Shown in pieces: positions 9,282 through 19,032 of a DNA stretch of 64,000 nt. The stretch spans positions 1 to 64,000 of the forward strand of contig JAJPHT010000004.1 in NCBI GenBank assembly GCA_021325135.1. Reading direction: 5' to 3'. The DNA comes from Pseudomonadota bacterium. GTDB lineage: Archaea; Thermoplasmatota; SW-10-69-26; JACQPN01; JAJPHT01. Position numbers and translations under genes: made by a program. Position 1 is the first letter of the stretch, and the number at the start of each line of letters is the position of its first letter. The notes beneath the pieces are model-generated. The model was given only the letters and a program-made list of their open reading frames with translations, was not told the DNA's origin and did not search any database.

Positions 9282-9989
9282 ATGTCCAGGCTCTTTGTCC
9301 TCACGGTCGTCCTCGCAGCGACGGCCCTCCCCCTCGTGGCCGCGCAGACGTTCATCGGCATCCAGGTTCCCCCCGGCCCTCGGGTCTGCGGGGTCGACCA
9401 GCCTGTCCACACCTATGTCCTCGGGGGTTTCGCAGGGATGAGCTCCAACACGCTCTCTGAGCAGACCGGCAGCAGCCCCGTGGGCTCCATCGGTGGCGCC
9501 AGCGCGGGCTTCGCGATTGTCATGGACACCAACACCGACGACTGCAACGGTGACGGTGCCCCCGGCGACTTCGATGGGGATTACGACCTTGGCATCGGCG
9601 GCGCCTTCTTCGGCTCCTCCAACGCGTGGGACGCCGCGGAGGGCTGCGGCTACGACCTGAACGTCCACGCCACCAGCGGCACGGCGACCGACGTCACCCG
9701 CCTGCCCGCCAGCGGCAGCTACGGCGTCGACGACACCGCGGGCCCCGTCGTCGTGACGGACCCCACCACCGGCGCGACCGTCTCGTGCCAGACCGACGGC
9801 GGCATCACGCCCGAGACGGACGGCAACGACTGCCTCAACGACTGGACCGGCTTCTGGTCCCAGGGCGCCTGCGCCGGCACCGGCGGCGACGACGGCTACT
9901 GGCTCTTCGTGGGTGCTCAAGTGAGCGAGAACGGCGGCCGCCTTACGGCCCAGATCGCCACGACCGGCACCCTCGCGGCGGACTTCTGA
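9282..9989 (+). CDS. Secreted acidic six-Cys protein, paralog 1 of 3
   Basis: GGAGG RBS, signal peptide; shares QPVHTY, SNTLSEQT, DCNGD, CGYDLNVH, GGDDGYWLF with 48400-49236 and 49603-50304. Confidence 0.9.
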   Translation: MSRLFVLTVVLAATALPLVAAQTFIGIQVPPGPRVCGVDQPVHTYVLGGFAGMSSNTLSEQTGSSPVGSIGGASAGFAIVMDTNTDDCNGDGAPGDFDGDYDLGIGGAFFGSSNAWDAAEGCGYDLNVHATSGTATDVTRLPASGSYGVDDTAGPVVVTDPTTGATVSCQTDGGITPETDGNDCLNDWTGFWSQGACAGTGGDDGYWLFVGAQVSENGGRLTAQIATTGTLAADF

Positions 9990-9991
9990 CC

Positions 9992-10675
9992 TCACGCCGC
10001 CGCGACCTGCACGCGCCAGTACCACAGCAGGTAGAGCCCCACGGCCACGAGGACGACGCCCCCCGCGCGCTCGACGAAGGGCATCGCGCGGCGCAGCCCC
10101 CGGAGGATCGTCTCCTGCGCCGTGGCCACCAGCACGGTCACCGCGACGAGGAGCGCGCAGAGGCCCGCCGCATAGGCCAGCACCACCAAGGCGCCCTGCG
10201 CCGCGTCCGGCGCCGCGAAGGCCTGGACGAGGACCGCGAGGAAGGGGGGCGCCACGCATGAGGCGGCGACGGCGGCGTAGAGCGCGCCGAAGCCCACGAG
10301 GGCCCACGCGCTGCGGCGCTGCGAAGGGCGCAGCGCGACCGCGAGGGAGGGGCCCTTTCCCGCGAGCGTGAGGACGCCCAGCGCCAGCGTGACCAGGGCG
10401 CCCGCCAGCTCCAGGTCCGCGACGTGGGCCTTGAACGGCGCGCCCAGGAGCGCTGCAAGGCCGCCCACCGCCGCGAGGACCGCGAAGGCGCCCAGCGCCG
10501 CGAGGGCGCCGCCCAGGAGCCCCCGCGCGACGCCGCGCCCCAGCCCCGAGGGGCCCTCGCCCTCGCGGGGCAGGTAGTACGCGAGGTACGCGGGGAGCAT
10601 GGGGAAGCCGCAGGGCGAGAAGAAGGCGTTGGCGCCCAGGGCGAACGCGAAGAGGAGGAGGAGGGGAAGGTCCAC
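9992..10675 (-). CDS. ccdA: CcdA/DsbD-type transmembrane thiol-disulfide transfer protein
   Basis: FFSPCGFPMLPAYL and SCVAP motifs, about six TM segments. Confidence 0.85.
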   Translation of the reverse strand: MDLPLLLLFAFALGANAFFSPCGFPMLPAYLAYYLPREGEGPSGLGRGVARGLLGGALAALGAFAVLAAVGGLAALLGAPFKAHVADLELAGALVTLALGVLTLAGKGPSLAVALRPSQRRSAWALVGFGALYAAVAASCVAPPFLAVLVQAFAAPDAAQGALVVLAYAAGLCALLVAVTVLVATAQETILRGLRRAMPFVERAGGVVLVAVGLYLLWYWRVQVAAA

Positions 10676-10678
10676 GGC

Positions 10679-11020
10679 TCAGACGTCCGGCACGTCCTCG
10701 GCGCCCTTCTTGGCCTCGGCCTGGGCGCGCTTGGAGCGCTCCTTGGCGTTGTAGCCGGTGGCGAGCTCCAGGAAGTCGTTGTAGGCGCGCAGCGTCTTCT
10801 GGGCGTCCTCGTTGGCCACCTTGGGGTTCATGGTGGTGTCGACGCGCAGGTGGGTCTTGCCCAGCTGCTCGCAGTAGAGCTTGGTGAGCGCGCCCCAGTC
10901 CTCCACCTGGAAGCCGGCCCCGACCTTCTTCGTCTCGCCGAAGACGTCCTGCATGAGGTGGAGGAGCTTCTCGCCGTCGATGTTCTTCCAGTGGCCGCGG
11001 CGAAGCTCGTAGTCGCGCAT
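10679..11020 (-). CDS. Conserved archaeal protein (DUF5611-like)
   Basis: M..Y...RGH, WGAL, YNDFLE.ATGYNAKER pattern. Confidence 0.8.
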   Translation of the reverse strand: MRDYELRRGHWKNIDGEKLLHLMQDVFGETKKVGAGFQVEDWGALTKLYCEQLGKTHLRVDTTMNPKVANEDAQKTLRAYNDFLELATGYNAKERSKRAQAEAKKGAEDVPDV

Positions 11021-11144
11021 GACCGCGCAACTTGCGATGGGGGGCAAATACCTGGCGACGCCGCTCCCGGGGGGCACCGGACCCGTCCGGCCCTCTCGTG
11101 GCCACCCGCAGAAGGGCCCCTCCTCGGGGGCGGGCCGGCCCGGC

Positions 11145-11182
11145 GTCTCGGGGGGAGCGCCCTGTCTCGGGGGGAGCGCCCT
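11145..11182 (+). repeat. Perfect 19-bp tandem direct repeat
   Basis: GTCTCGGGGGGAGCGCCCT x2. Confidence 0.9.
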
Positions 11183-11238
11183 TTTTGGGGGCGCGAAGAA
11201 CAGGGAAGAGGGGGCGCGAGCCCCCAAGTTTTCTTGAC

Positions 11239-11400
11239 TCAAGCCTTCTTCTTGCCAGCTTCCTGGCGTTCGAGGAGGGGGATGCGCTCCGGGTTGTCCA
11301 GGTAGGCCCCGTTGACGTGCATCGGGTATTCCGCCAGCTTCAGGATCCGCGCCGTGTGCGGCCGGAGGGCGGGATAGCGGGGCGTCTTGGTCCGTGCCAC
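11239..11400 (-). CDS. Putative 53-aa small protein (not in ORF track)
   Basis: GAGGA RBS, GTG start; MARTKTPRYPALRPHTARILKLAEYPMHVNGAYLDNPERIPLLERQEAGKKKA; GC3-rich codons. Confidence 0.5.
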   Translation of the reverse strand: MARTKTPRYPALRPHTARILKLAEYPMHVNGAYLDNPERIPLLERQEAGKKKA

Positions 11401-11471
11401 AGCCTGTCCTCGGCGAAGGGACGTCCCGGGGGGTCATTCCCCCTGTGGTACGCCCGTTCGCCAGGCCGCCC

Positions 11472-11756
11472 TCAGCGCGCCTCGTTCTCGATGCCGAAGG
11501 CCACGCGCAGGTCGACGCGGTACTCGATGACCCGCCCCTCCTCGCACTTCACCGAGGTCCGGACGACGTCCGCGCCGCTGATGTGCCGCACGGTCTTGCT
11601 GGCGTCCTCCAGGGCGTTCTTCACGGCGTCCTCGAAGCTCTCCTGGGAGTTGCCGATGAGCTCGATGACCTTCGCGGTGCGGTGCCAGGTGGCGCTCTCG
11701 GCGGTCCGCTGGTCGCGCTGCATCTGCTGGCTTGAGGGGTTGGGCGGAGGCGTCAT
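11472..11756 (-). CDS. Dodecin (flavin-binding) family protein
   Basis: KVIELIG.S.ESFEDAV.NA...ASKTVR, EYRV.L.VAF. Confidence 0.92.
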   Translation of the reverse strand: MTPPPNPSSQQMQRDQRTAESATWHRTAKVIELIGNSQESFEDAVKNALEDASKTVRHISGADVVRTSVKCEEGRVIEYRVDLRVAFGIENEAR

Positions 11757-11913
11757 GCGCCTTCGCTAGCGGGCGATCGTGCATCAACCGCGCGCCTGCC
11801 CGGAGCCGCCCGGCGGCAGGCCTGGCCGGCTGGGCGCCCGGCGCGGTGTCCGTCCGCCCTCGGGTGGCAGGAGGTCAAGTAGGCCGGCGCGCAGACACCT
11901 GGAGCGATGCCTC

Positions 11914-12384
11914 ATGGGTTCTGACCGTCGCCGGGTCCTCGTCGTGGACGACGTCCCTGAGATCCTCGACCTCGTCAAGGGGCTCGTCCGCCGGATGCGC
12001 GTGGTGCAGGTCGAGCTCGTCACGGAGGTCAACAGCGCGCGGGCGAAGCTGCTTGCGTCCCAGCAGCCGTTCGACCTCGTCCTCTCCGACTTCCGCATGC
12101 GGCAGGTGGATGGCATCGAGGTGCTCCAGGCCGCCAGGGACGCGAACCCCGCCGGGCGCCGCATCCTCATGACGGGCTACAACGAGGTGCCCACCGAGGT
12201 CGCGCGCATCCAGCGCGCGCAGATCGACGCGTACATCCAGAAGCCGCTCAAGAGCCAGGAGCTTCTCCAGCTCATGCTCGACTTCCTCCAGGGCAACCAG
12301 CCCGCCATCGAGGCCTGCCAGGCCCACGCGCGCTCGCTGGAGCGCTCGGCGCTGGAGGAATCCACGGGCCTCGGGCTCACCTGA
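11914..12384 (+). CDS. Stand-alone response regulator receiver
   Basis: VLVVDD, DLVLSDFRM...DG, ILMTG, YIQKP. Confidence 0.92.
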   Translation: MGSDRRRVLVVDDVPEILDLVKGLVRRMRVVQVELVTEVNSARAKLLASQQPFDLVLSDFRMRQVDGIEVLQAARDANPAGRRILMTGYNEVPTEVARIQRAQIDAYIQKPLKSQELLQLMLDFLQGNQPAIEACQAHARSLERSALEESTGLGLT

Positions 12385-12520
12385 GTTGAATCGCCATCAT
12401 GGGTCCTCATGGGTCGTTCCCACGACGGGGGCGCAGGCGAACGCGCCTCGCCCCCGCCGCGGGGCACCGACGAACCTGCCAGAAGGGGGTTAGCCCCCTG
12501 GCGCGCCACCTTCTTCCACC

Positions 12521-12970
12521 ATGAAGTCACGCGGCGGTGAGACCGGCGGCCTGACCATCCGGGACGCCATCCAGGACTACGAGAGCCGCGGGTACAAGGG
12601 GCAGTTCGGCGCGCGGGAAGGCGGCCGCGTGATGTGCTTCACCTGCCAGACGCGCAACGACCCCAAGGCGGTGGAGCTGGACAGCCTGCGCCGCATCGAG
12701 GGCGTCTCCGACCCCGCGGACATGTCCGTCGTCGCGGCCCTGCGCTGCCCCAAGTGCGGCGCGTGGGGCACGGGCACGTTCATGATCGGCCCCATGGCCT
12801 CGCCCGAGGACAACGACGCGCTGCGCCTCATGGACGACGTGCGCCGCTGCCTCCAGAGCATGGGCGCGGACGGCGTCTGCGAGGTTCGCGCGCCCCCCTT
12901 CGGAGGCCCGCAGCCCGTCTCGGCCGAGCGGCGCGACCACGTCGCGGAGCTTGAGCGCGGCCCGCTCTGA
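12521..12970 (+). CDS. Hypothetical protein with two CxxC motifs
   Basis: CFTC...R.EG.SDP.DM...CPKC; probable Zn site. Confidence 0.75.
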   Translation: MKSRGGETGGLTIRDAIQDYESRGYKGQFGAREGGRVMCFTCQTRNDPKAVELDSLRRIEGVSDPADMSVVAALRCPKCGAWGTGTFMIGPMASPEDNDALRLMDDVRRCLQSMGADGVCEVRAPPFGGPQPVSAERRDHVAELERGPL

Positions 12971-13008
12971 GCCGAAAAGCTCCTCCCTCGGGACGCCGCG
13001 TCCCCCGC

Positions 13009-13950
13009 GTGGCGAGCCTGCGTCCCCTGGGCTTCCTCCTGGCGGCCCTCCTCTTCGCGCTGGGCGTCTCGGCCATCGCGTGGGCGGGCCTGCGCGAGGG
13101 GCGCCTCCCCGACTCGGAGGCCACGCAGGCGCTGGGCGCGCTCCTGCCATCCCTCAGCGTCGCGGCCGCCGTGACGCTGGCCCTCTTCGTCCTCTTCCGC
13201 GCGGGCTCGCGCCACCTCCTGCGCGGCGCGCACGTGCGCGACCTGCAATCGCTCTCCGCGCTGGAGACGGTGACCGTCGTCCTCGTGGTCGTCTTCCTCG
13301 TGGCGGAGAGCTTCGGGAGCTTCACGGGAACGATCCTCTCCCTGGGCCTCGTGGGCTTCGGCCTCACCCTCGCGCTCCAGCGCCCCATCCTCGCCGTGGG
13401 CGGCTGGTGCGCCATCCTCTTCTCGCGCCTCTTCCGCGTGGGCGACCGCATCGAGGTGGACAAGATGATGGGCGACGTGCTGGAGATCCGCCTCTTCAGC
13501 ACGCGCCTCTGGGAGGTGGACGCGACGACCGGCCGCGCCACGGGTCGCGCGCTCACCGTGAGCAACGCCCTCTTCCTGGAGAAGCCCGTCGCGAACGCGA
13601 CGCTGGACGTGCCGCAGACGTTCGACGAGTTCGCGGTCGTCGTCGCCTACGGCAGCGACCTGCGCGCGGCCGAGGCGCTGCTGCGCGCCGTGGGGGCCGA
13701 GGTCCTCGATCCTGCGCAGCAGTCCGCCATGGCGCAGGAGTACGAGCGCGTCGCGCACGGCCTGCCCATCGGCACGACGTTCCCCCGCTCGCCCACGGTC
13801 ATCGTCGCCCTCCAGCCCGCCGCCGTCGAGCTGAGGCTGCGCTACCTCGTCGACGCGCGCCACCGCTCGCAGGTGCGCACCGCCCTGGCGGAGGCCTGGC
13901 TCAAGGCGCTGGGCGACGCGGCGGGGCAGCCCGTGCCGCGCGTGGGGTGA
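13009..13950 (+). CDS. mscS: Small-conductance mechanosensitive channel family protein
   Basis: N-terminal TMs then FRVGDRIEV....GDV.EI.LFST. Confidence 0.9.
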   Translation: MASLRPLGFLLAALLFALGVSAIAWAGLREGRLPDSEATQALGALLPSLSVAAAVTLALFVLFRAGSRHLLRGAHVRDLQSLSALETVTVVLVVVFLVAESFGSFTGTILSLGLVGFGLTLALQRPILAVGGWCAILFSRLFRVGDRIEVDKMMGDVLEIRLFSTRLWEVDATTGRATGRALTVSNALFLEKPVANATLDVPQTFDEFAVVVAYGSDLRAAEALLRAVGAEVLDPAQQSAMAQEYERVAHGLPIGTTFPRSPTVIVALQPAAVELRLRYLVDARHRSQVRTALAEAWLKALGDAAGQPVPRVG

Positions 13951-13953
13951 GCC

Positions 13954-15357
13954 CTACTTCAGCGTCAGCACGTCCAGCCCGCGGTTGAGGTCGCCGGTGA
14001 AGATGTAGCCGTTGTAGTACCAGGATTCCCACGTGTTGGTGCCCTGGTTCCACATGTCGACCATCTGCGGGTTGGTGGGGTCGGTGAAGTCGATGAGCAC
14101 CGTGCCGTCGGCGTACCATGCGATGGCGAGGAGCTGCCGCTTGCCGGAGGGGTCGGGGACGAGGCGGCCGTGGTGCGCGGTGCAGCCCGCGGTGACGTCG
14201 GGGTTGGAGATCATCTTGGGGGGCGGGCTGAAGAAGCCCAGGAGCTTGGGGTTCTTCTCGTCCTTCACGTCGTAGAACCAGACGTTGCCCAGGGGGCCGC
14301 TGGCGTCCTTGACGGGCGTGTGGACGCCGTCGCATTCGGCGGTGGCGCCGCCCATGAACTCGTCGCCCACGATCAGCTCGGTGCCGTCCTGGCTGAGGAT
14401 GCTGAAGTGGCTGAACACCAGGGGCGGGACGCTGGTGGCGGGGAGGGCGGGGTTGCCGTGGTGGACGGGGACGCTCACGATGACCTTGGGCTTCGCGGGG
14501 TCCTTGATGTCCCAGATCTGCGTGTACTCGATGCCCGCGCAGATGGCGCGCTCCTTGTCCTGGGTCGCGTCGATCCAGAAGAAGATGTGGTGGCAGCCGT
14601 AGCCGTTCTTGAACTCCTGGACGAGCTGCGGGTGCTCGGGGTCGGAGAGGTTGTAGATCTCCGTCTCGCCCTTGTCGCCGACGCCCTGCACGTCGCCGGT
14701 GGTGCCGAAGAGGGGGTCGCCGTCGCCGCCCTTGCTGTTGGCGTTGTAGACGAAGGGCGTGCCCGGCACGATGCCCAGCTTGTGGCCGTCGCGGGGCGCC
14801 TTCACCTGCGCGACGATGCTGGCGTTGTGCGGGTCGGTGATGTTCACGACGTCGAAGCCGGGCGTGGTGGAGACGACGCCGTAGAGCCGGCCGTCGGGGA
14901 AGGCCATGATGGCCGCGCCGCGCTCGCCCCCTCCCGGGTAGTGGCTGAGGATCTGGGGCGAGGCGGGGTTCGTGATGTCGAGGACGTAGGCGTCGGGGCC
15001 GTCGCTGGGCACCAGCGCGAGGCGGCCGAAGAGGGCGATGCCCGCGCCGGACTTCACGGCGTCGGGGGACTTGGCCAGGTGGCTGAGCCCCTTGATGTCG
15101 GCGGGGACCGTGGCGTTCGCGATGGGCTGCCACCACTCGGGGACCGTGCCGTTGACGGCCGGGTGGGTGAGGGTGGGCCAGCCGAACGCGGGGTGCGGCT
15201 CGTTCTCGTGGTCCGGCCAGAGGGAGGCCGCCTGCGCCATGAGCCCCGTGCTCTCGGGGGCCGAGGCCTGCTGGAGGACCCCCGTGGGGTTCACGCAGCC
15301 CGCCAGCACCGGGACGGCGAGGAGGGCGAGGGCGGCAAGCAGGGCTGGGCGGACCAT
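13954..15357 (-). CDS. LVIVD-repeat beta-propeller lipoprotein
   Basis: LAGC lipobox; repeated [ILV].D[IV].[DN]P..P units; CTAH motif. Confidence 0.8.
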   Translation of the reverse strand: MVRPALLAALALLAVPVLAGCVNPTGVLQQASAPESTGLMAQAASLWPDHENEPHPAFGWPTLTHPAVNGTVPEWWQPIANATVPADIKGLSHLAKSPDAVKSGAGIALFGRLALVPSDGPDAYVLDITNPASPQILSHYPGGGERGAAIMAFPDGRLYGVVSTTPGFDVVNITDPHNASIVAQVKAPRDGHKLGIVPGTPFVYNANSKGGDGDPLFGTTGDVQGVGDKGETEIYNLSDPEHPQLVQEFKNGYGCHHIFFWIDATQDKERAICAGIEYTQIWDIKDPAKPKVIVSVPVHHGNPALPATSVPPLVFSHFSILSQDGTELIVGDEFMGGATAECDGVHTPVKDASGPLGNVWFYDVKDEKNPKLLGFFSPPPKMISNPDVTAGCTAHHGRLVPDPSGKRQLLAIAWYADGTVLIDFTDPTNPQMVDMWNQGTNTWESWYYNGYIFTGDLNRGLDVLTLK

Positions 15358-15426
15358 GCCACGCGCAGGCCTGTCTAGGCTGGAAAAGCGTTGTGGTGGG
15401 CGGCCTGCCCACGCGGAGCCTCCCGG

Positions 15427-16638
15427 TCAGGGCAGCGCCGTCGCGTCGTCCCACGCGAGGGGCCCTGCCTGCGCGGACGTGCGGAGGATCACGGCCTCGG
15501 GCGAGCCGCCGGCCTCGCGCAGGTCGACCTCCACGTGCGCGCCGCCAGGGGGCAGGTCCACGCCGGAGGCCGGCAGGGGCACCGCGAGGTCCACGGGGAC
15601 GAGGGGGGCCCCGGTGAAGACGGTCGCCTCCGGGAGGGGCAGCCCCAGCGCGGCCGCGTCCACGCGGTACTCGCGCGGGTCGATGACGTCCGGGTGGCCG
15701 TGGACCTCTGCGAGGGGCGCGTCGGGGAGCGGGAGCCAGGCGCCCCCGCTGGGCAGCGGCGCGTCCACCTCCAGCACGGGCGCGTCGCGCTCGCCGGGGC
15801 CCGCGGGGCGCGGGTCGAGGAGCGTGGGCTTGCCGGTGCCCAGCGCGAAGGCAGCCGCGGAGAGGTTGCCCTCGCCAAGCCGGTTCGCGGCGGCCACCGC
15901 ATATTGATAGCGTCCTCCCAGGGGCAGGCCCGAGTCGGTCCACGCGGGGGACGAGACGCGGGCCACGGGGCGCAGCGGGGAGCCGTCGTCGCCGCGGTAC
16001 ACGACGTAGCCGCGCAGCGGGTGGCCCCCGTCGTCGGCGGGCGGCGTCCACGAGAGCGAGACCTGCCCCAGCGAGGGGCCCGGAAGCGCGCTCAGGTTCG
16101 CGGGCGCGCCGGGCGCCGAGCCCCACATGGGCTCGATGGCGATGGCGATTTCCAGGCTCGCGGGGCCGTCCCCCTTCTGCGCGTCAAGGGTGGGCTCGTC
16201 GCGCAGGTCGAACGTCTCGCCCTGCCACGTCGCGTTGAGGGTGAACGTCTCGGGGAACGCGGCCAGCTCGCTGGCGTTCCACGCGACGCGGAGCGCGCCC
16301 GCGGGGCCGTCCGCGTCCACGCGCAGCGTCCAGGTGGCGCTGGGCGCAGGAGCCTCCAGGCTGCGGGAGAGGCGCTCCGACGCGTTGGGGGCCAGGAGGT
16401 ACGCCGAGAGCCACGCGCCGCCCGGGGGAGGCGGCGGCTCCGGAGCGTCGAGGCCGCGGTCGTAGCCCGAGGTGGCGTCGGGCGACACGCCCAGCGTGGC
16501 CTCGTCGTGGAGCGCGCCGGGCGCGCCCACGGAGGCGGTGAGGAGGAAGGGCGGGATGGCGGCCTGCGCTCCGCTGGGCTCCGCGCCCGCCAGGGGCGCG
16601 AGGAGGGCCAGCGTCAGCGCGAGGGCACGCCATCCCAT
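15427..16638 (-). CDS. Secreted fibronectin type III domain protein
   Basis: Signal peptide; PGAP.NL...V.LSW.PP.DDGG....Y.VYR...Y.YAV.A.N..GEG. Confidence 0.85.
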   Translation of the reverse strand: MGWRALALTLALLAPLAGAEPSGAQAAIPPFLLTASVGAPGALHDEATLGVSPDATSGYDRGLDAPEPPPPPGGAWLSAYLLAPNASERLSRSLEAPAPSATWTLRVDADGPAGALRVAWNASELAAFPETFTLNATWQGETFDLRDEPTLDAQKGDGPASLEIAIAIEPMWGSAPGAPANLSALPGPSLGQVSLSWTPPADDGGHPLRGYVVYRGDDGSPLRPVARVSSPAWTDSGLPLGGRYQYAVAAANRLGEGNLSAAAFALGTGKPTLLDPRPAGPGERDAPVLEVDAPLPSGGAWLPLPDAPLAEVHGHPDVIDPREYRVDAAALGLPLPEATVFTGAPLVPVDLAVPLPASGVDLPPGGAHVEVDLREAGGSPEAVILRTSAQAGPLAWDDATALP

Positions 16639-16648
16639 GGGGCTCGCC

Positions 16649-18865
16649 TCAGAGGAGCGACGCGGGGTCGAAGGGCAGCTGCGCCGCGCAGCCCTCGCCC
16701 AGCGCGAGGACGCACACGGGCGCGTCCTGCTGGCGCACGACGACCTCGAAGGTCTTCGCGGAGAGGCCCGAGGGCGCGCTCCACGAGTAGGACGACGCCT
16801 CGCGCAGGTCGACGCGCGTCGCGCCATCCACCAGCTCGAAGGCGTAGCCCTGGGGCAGCGCGCTGGCGTCCCACGTCAGCGTCTCGGAGCCCGCGGGGGC
16901 GTCGCGCGAGACGACCAGCGAGTACGCGGCCTTGCCGGCGGGAGCCACCACGGAGCGGTCCAGGGAGCGGCCCTGCGCCTGGAACGACGCGGAGGTCCAC
17001 GCCGTCGCGGCGGGGGTGGGCGGCTCCATGACGTCGGAGGCGTCGAAGCCGTCCGAGGCGCCCTGGGCGGCCTGGAGCGTCGCGTTGTCGCGCGCGCCGC
17101 TCTCGTCCTTCGCCGTGAAGGGGAGGACGAACGTCGGCGCGTCGGAGGGGCCCGACGAGGAGGGGAGCGCAGGCGCACGGATCGCCGCGTCGCCCAAGTG
17201 CAGCGAGGCGGGCTGGCCGTCGACGTAGACCCAGGCGCCGTAGCCCTCGTAGACGTAGGACGTGTCGTAGTAGCCGCAGCAGGACCACAGGAACGCGGTC
17301 CGGCTCACCTGGCTGGGGGCGTTCCAGAGGCCCGCGCCGCCCTTGGGGGCGCCCACGAGGTTCCAGCCCGCGTGGAGGTCCAGGTCCAGGCTGCGCACCG
17401 GGGTGCCCACCAGGGGGAAGGCGCCCCACGTCGTGCTGTGGACCCAGTAGCCGACGCCCGGCGCGAGGTCGCCGGCCACGGGCTGGTACTGCGAGCCGTC
17501 CCACGAGTAGGCGGCGTCCGCGGCGCCGCGGAAGAGGCCGGAGAGGCTCATGTCGGAGGTCTGCACGGGGATGCTCACGAGGCTCCAGCCCGGGTTGAGC
17601 CAGACGTAGCTGAGCGGCTCGGAGGTCACGAGGACCGTGAAGTCGCGCGAGCCCGTGGTCCCGCTGGCGTCGAAGGAGAACGAGGACTCCTGGCGCAGGT
17701 CGTGGATCGTCGCGCCATCGACGAGGTAGAGGTTGAACTCCGGGGGGAGCGCCCAGTCGGAGAAGTACGAGCTGAAGCTGCCCGTCGTGGAGCAGCCGCA
17801 GTCGGGCAGGTTCCACGTCACGCGCAGCGGGAAGGAGACCGTCGCGCTGCCGTTCACGATGGAGGTGGAGAGCTGCTGCTGGTCCGCGGCGTTGTCCGGG
17901 TACTCGAAGAAGGCCTGCACCGTGTCGTTGGCGGGCGAGGCCGGGGGCTGCGGCGCGTCGTAGGCGTCGTCGTAGCCGGGCGTCGCGTCGCCCTCCACGC
18001 CGTAGGTCGCGCCGTCGAACGCGTCGCCGACGCTGGCGTAGAGATAGCCGCGGAAGCCGTTGAGCGTGGCGTCCACGCCGTTGCAGTCCTGGTCGATCCC
18101 GTCGTAGGGCGCGTCGTAGGCGCCGGGGTGGATGGAGGCGTCGTTGTCGTTGCAGTCCGACGAGGCCGCGTAGCCGTCGCCGTCCGCGTCGACGGGGGGC
18201 TGGCCCGGGTCGCCCAGGGAGACGTCGAGGTTGTCGAAGCCGAAGCCCACCGCGGTGGGGTCGGTCCACGTCACGGCGTAGAAGTCGACGCCGTAGAGCG
18301 TGGTGGGTCCCGAGAGGGGCACCGCGCCGGAGGAGGCGACGATGGAGCCCGAGTCGTCCAGGAGCGAGGCCGTGGCCGCGTTGGCGACGGGGTCGATCTC
18401 CAGCAGGAGGTGGTTCCACGAGCCGGGCGTCGTGGCGGCGAACTCGCTGCTCTCGCCCTGGGAGGTCACGAGGAAGAGGCCGCTGTTGCCGTTGGTGTTG
18501 CCCGTGAGCTGGAAGGTGATCGTCTCGGTGTCCAGGCGGACGTGGAAGCCGGTGTCGGTGTCGCCCGTCCCCTGGTCGGGGCGCAGGTCGAAGGTCGCCT
18601 TGAGCGGAGCCCCGCCCAGGGGCTGCGCCATGTCATGCTCGACCGTCAGCCACTCGCCGCAGCAGGGGGGCGCCAGGCGCAGCAGGCAGTCGCCGCTGGA
18701 GCAGTCCACCGAGGCGCCGTCGCCCGTGACGTTCCAGTCCTGGAAGCCCTGGTCCCACGTCTCGTGGACGAGGGGGGTCGGGCTGGCGGTCGTGAGCATC
18801 GGCACGGCGAGCGCCGTGAGGCTCGCCAGAACTAGGGTGACGGCGTAGAGCCGGCTGCGGGTCAT
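16649..18865 (-). CDS. Large secreted multidomain protein with MopE-like metal-binding motif
   Basis: Signal peptide; DADGDGY...DCNDND.SIHPGA......DGIDQDCNG; L..GW[SN]LV repeats. Confidence 0.8.
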   Translation of the reverse strand: MTRSRLYAVTLVLASLTALAVPMLTTASPTPLVHETWDQGFQDWNVTGDGASVDCSSGDCLLRLAPPCCGEWLTVEHDMAQPLGGAPLKATFDLRPDQGTGDTDTGFHVRLDTETITFQLTGNTNGNSGLFLVTSQGESSEFAATTPGSWNHLLLEIDPVANAATASLLDDSGSIVASSGAVPLSGPTTLYGVDFYAVTWTDPTAVGFGFDNLDVSLGDPGQPPVDADGDGYAASSDCNDNDASIHPGAYDAPYDGIDQDCNGVDATLNGFRGYLYASVGDAFDGATYGVEGDATPGYDDAYDAPQPPASPANDTVQAFFEYPDNAADQQQLSTSIVNGSATVSFPLRVTWNLPDCGCSTTGSFSSYFSDWALPPEFNLYLVDGATIHDLRQESSFSFDASGTTGSRDFTVLVTSEPLSYVWLNPGWSLVSIPVQTSDMSLSGLFRGAADAAYSWDGSQYQPVAGDLAPGVGYWVHSTTWGAFPLVGTPVRSLDLDLHAGWNLVGAPKGGAGLWNAPSQVSRTAFLWSCCGYYDTSYVYEGYGAWVYVDGQPASLHLGDAAIRAPALPSSSGPSDAPTFVLPFTAKDESGARDNATLQAAQGASDGFDASDVMEPPTPAATAWTSASFQAQGRSLDRSVVAPAGKAAYSLVVSRDAPAGSETLTWDASALPQGYAFELVDGATRVDLREASSYSWSAPSGLSAKTFEVVVRQQDAPVCVLALGEGCAAQLPFDPASLL

Positions 18866-19032
18866 GTCTCCTCGCTCCGCCGGGCGGACCCGGCGCATCC
18901 GGGACAAGCAAGCGAGCCTTAAACCCGCGCATCCAACTGGTTGCCTGGCGTGGCGGTTGTCACCAAGGGGGACGATCGCCCTGCCCCGTTCGAGGGGGCG
19001 GAGCCCGAGGGAAAAGAAAAGAGAGGGGCTTG

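Noticed and set aside
11145-11182. 19-bp tandem repeat as iteron or phase-variable switch
   Set aside because: Only two copies and no linked Rep or recombinase; probably slippage
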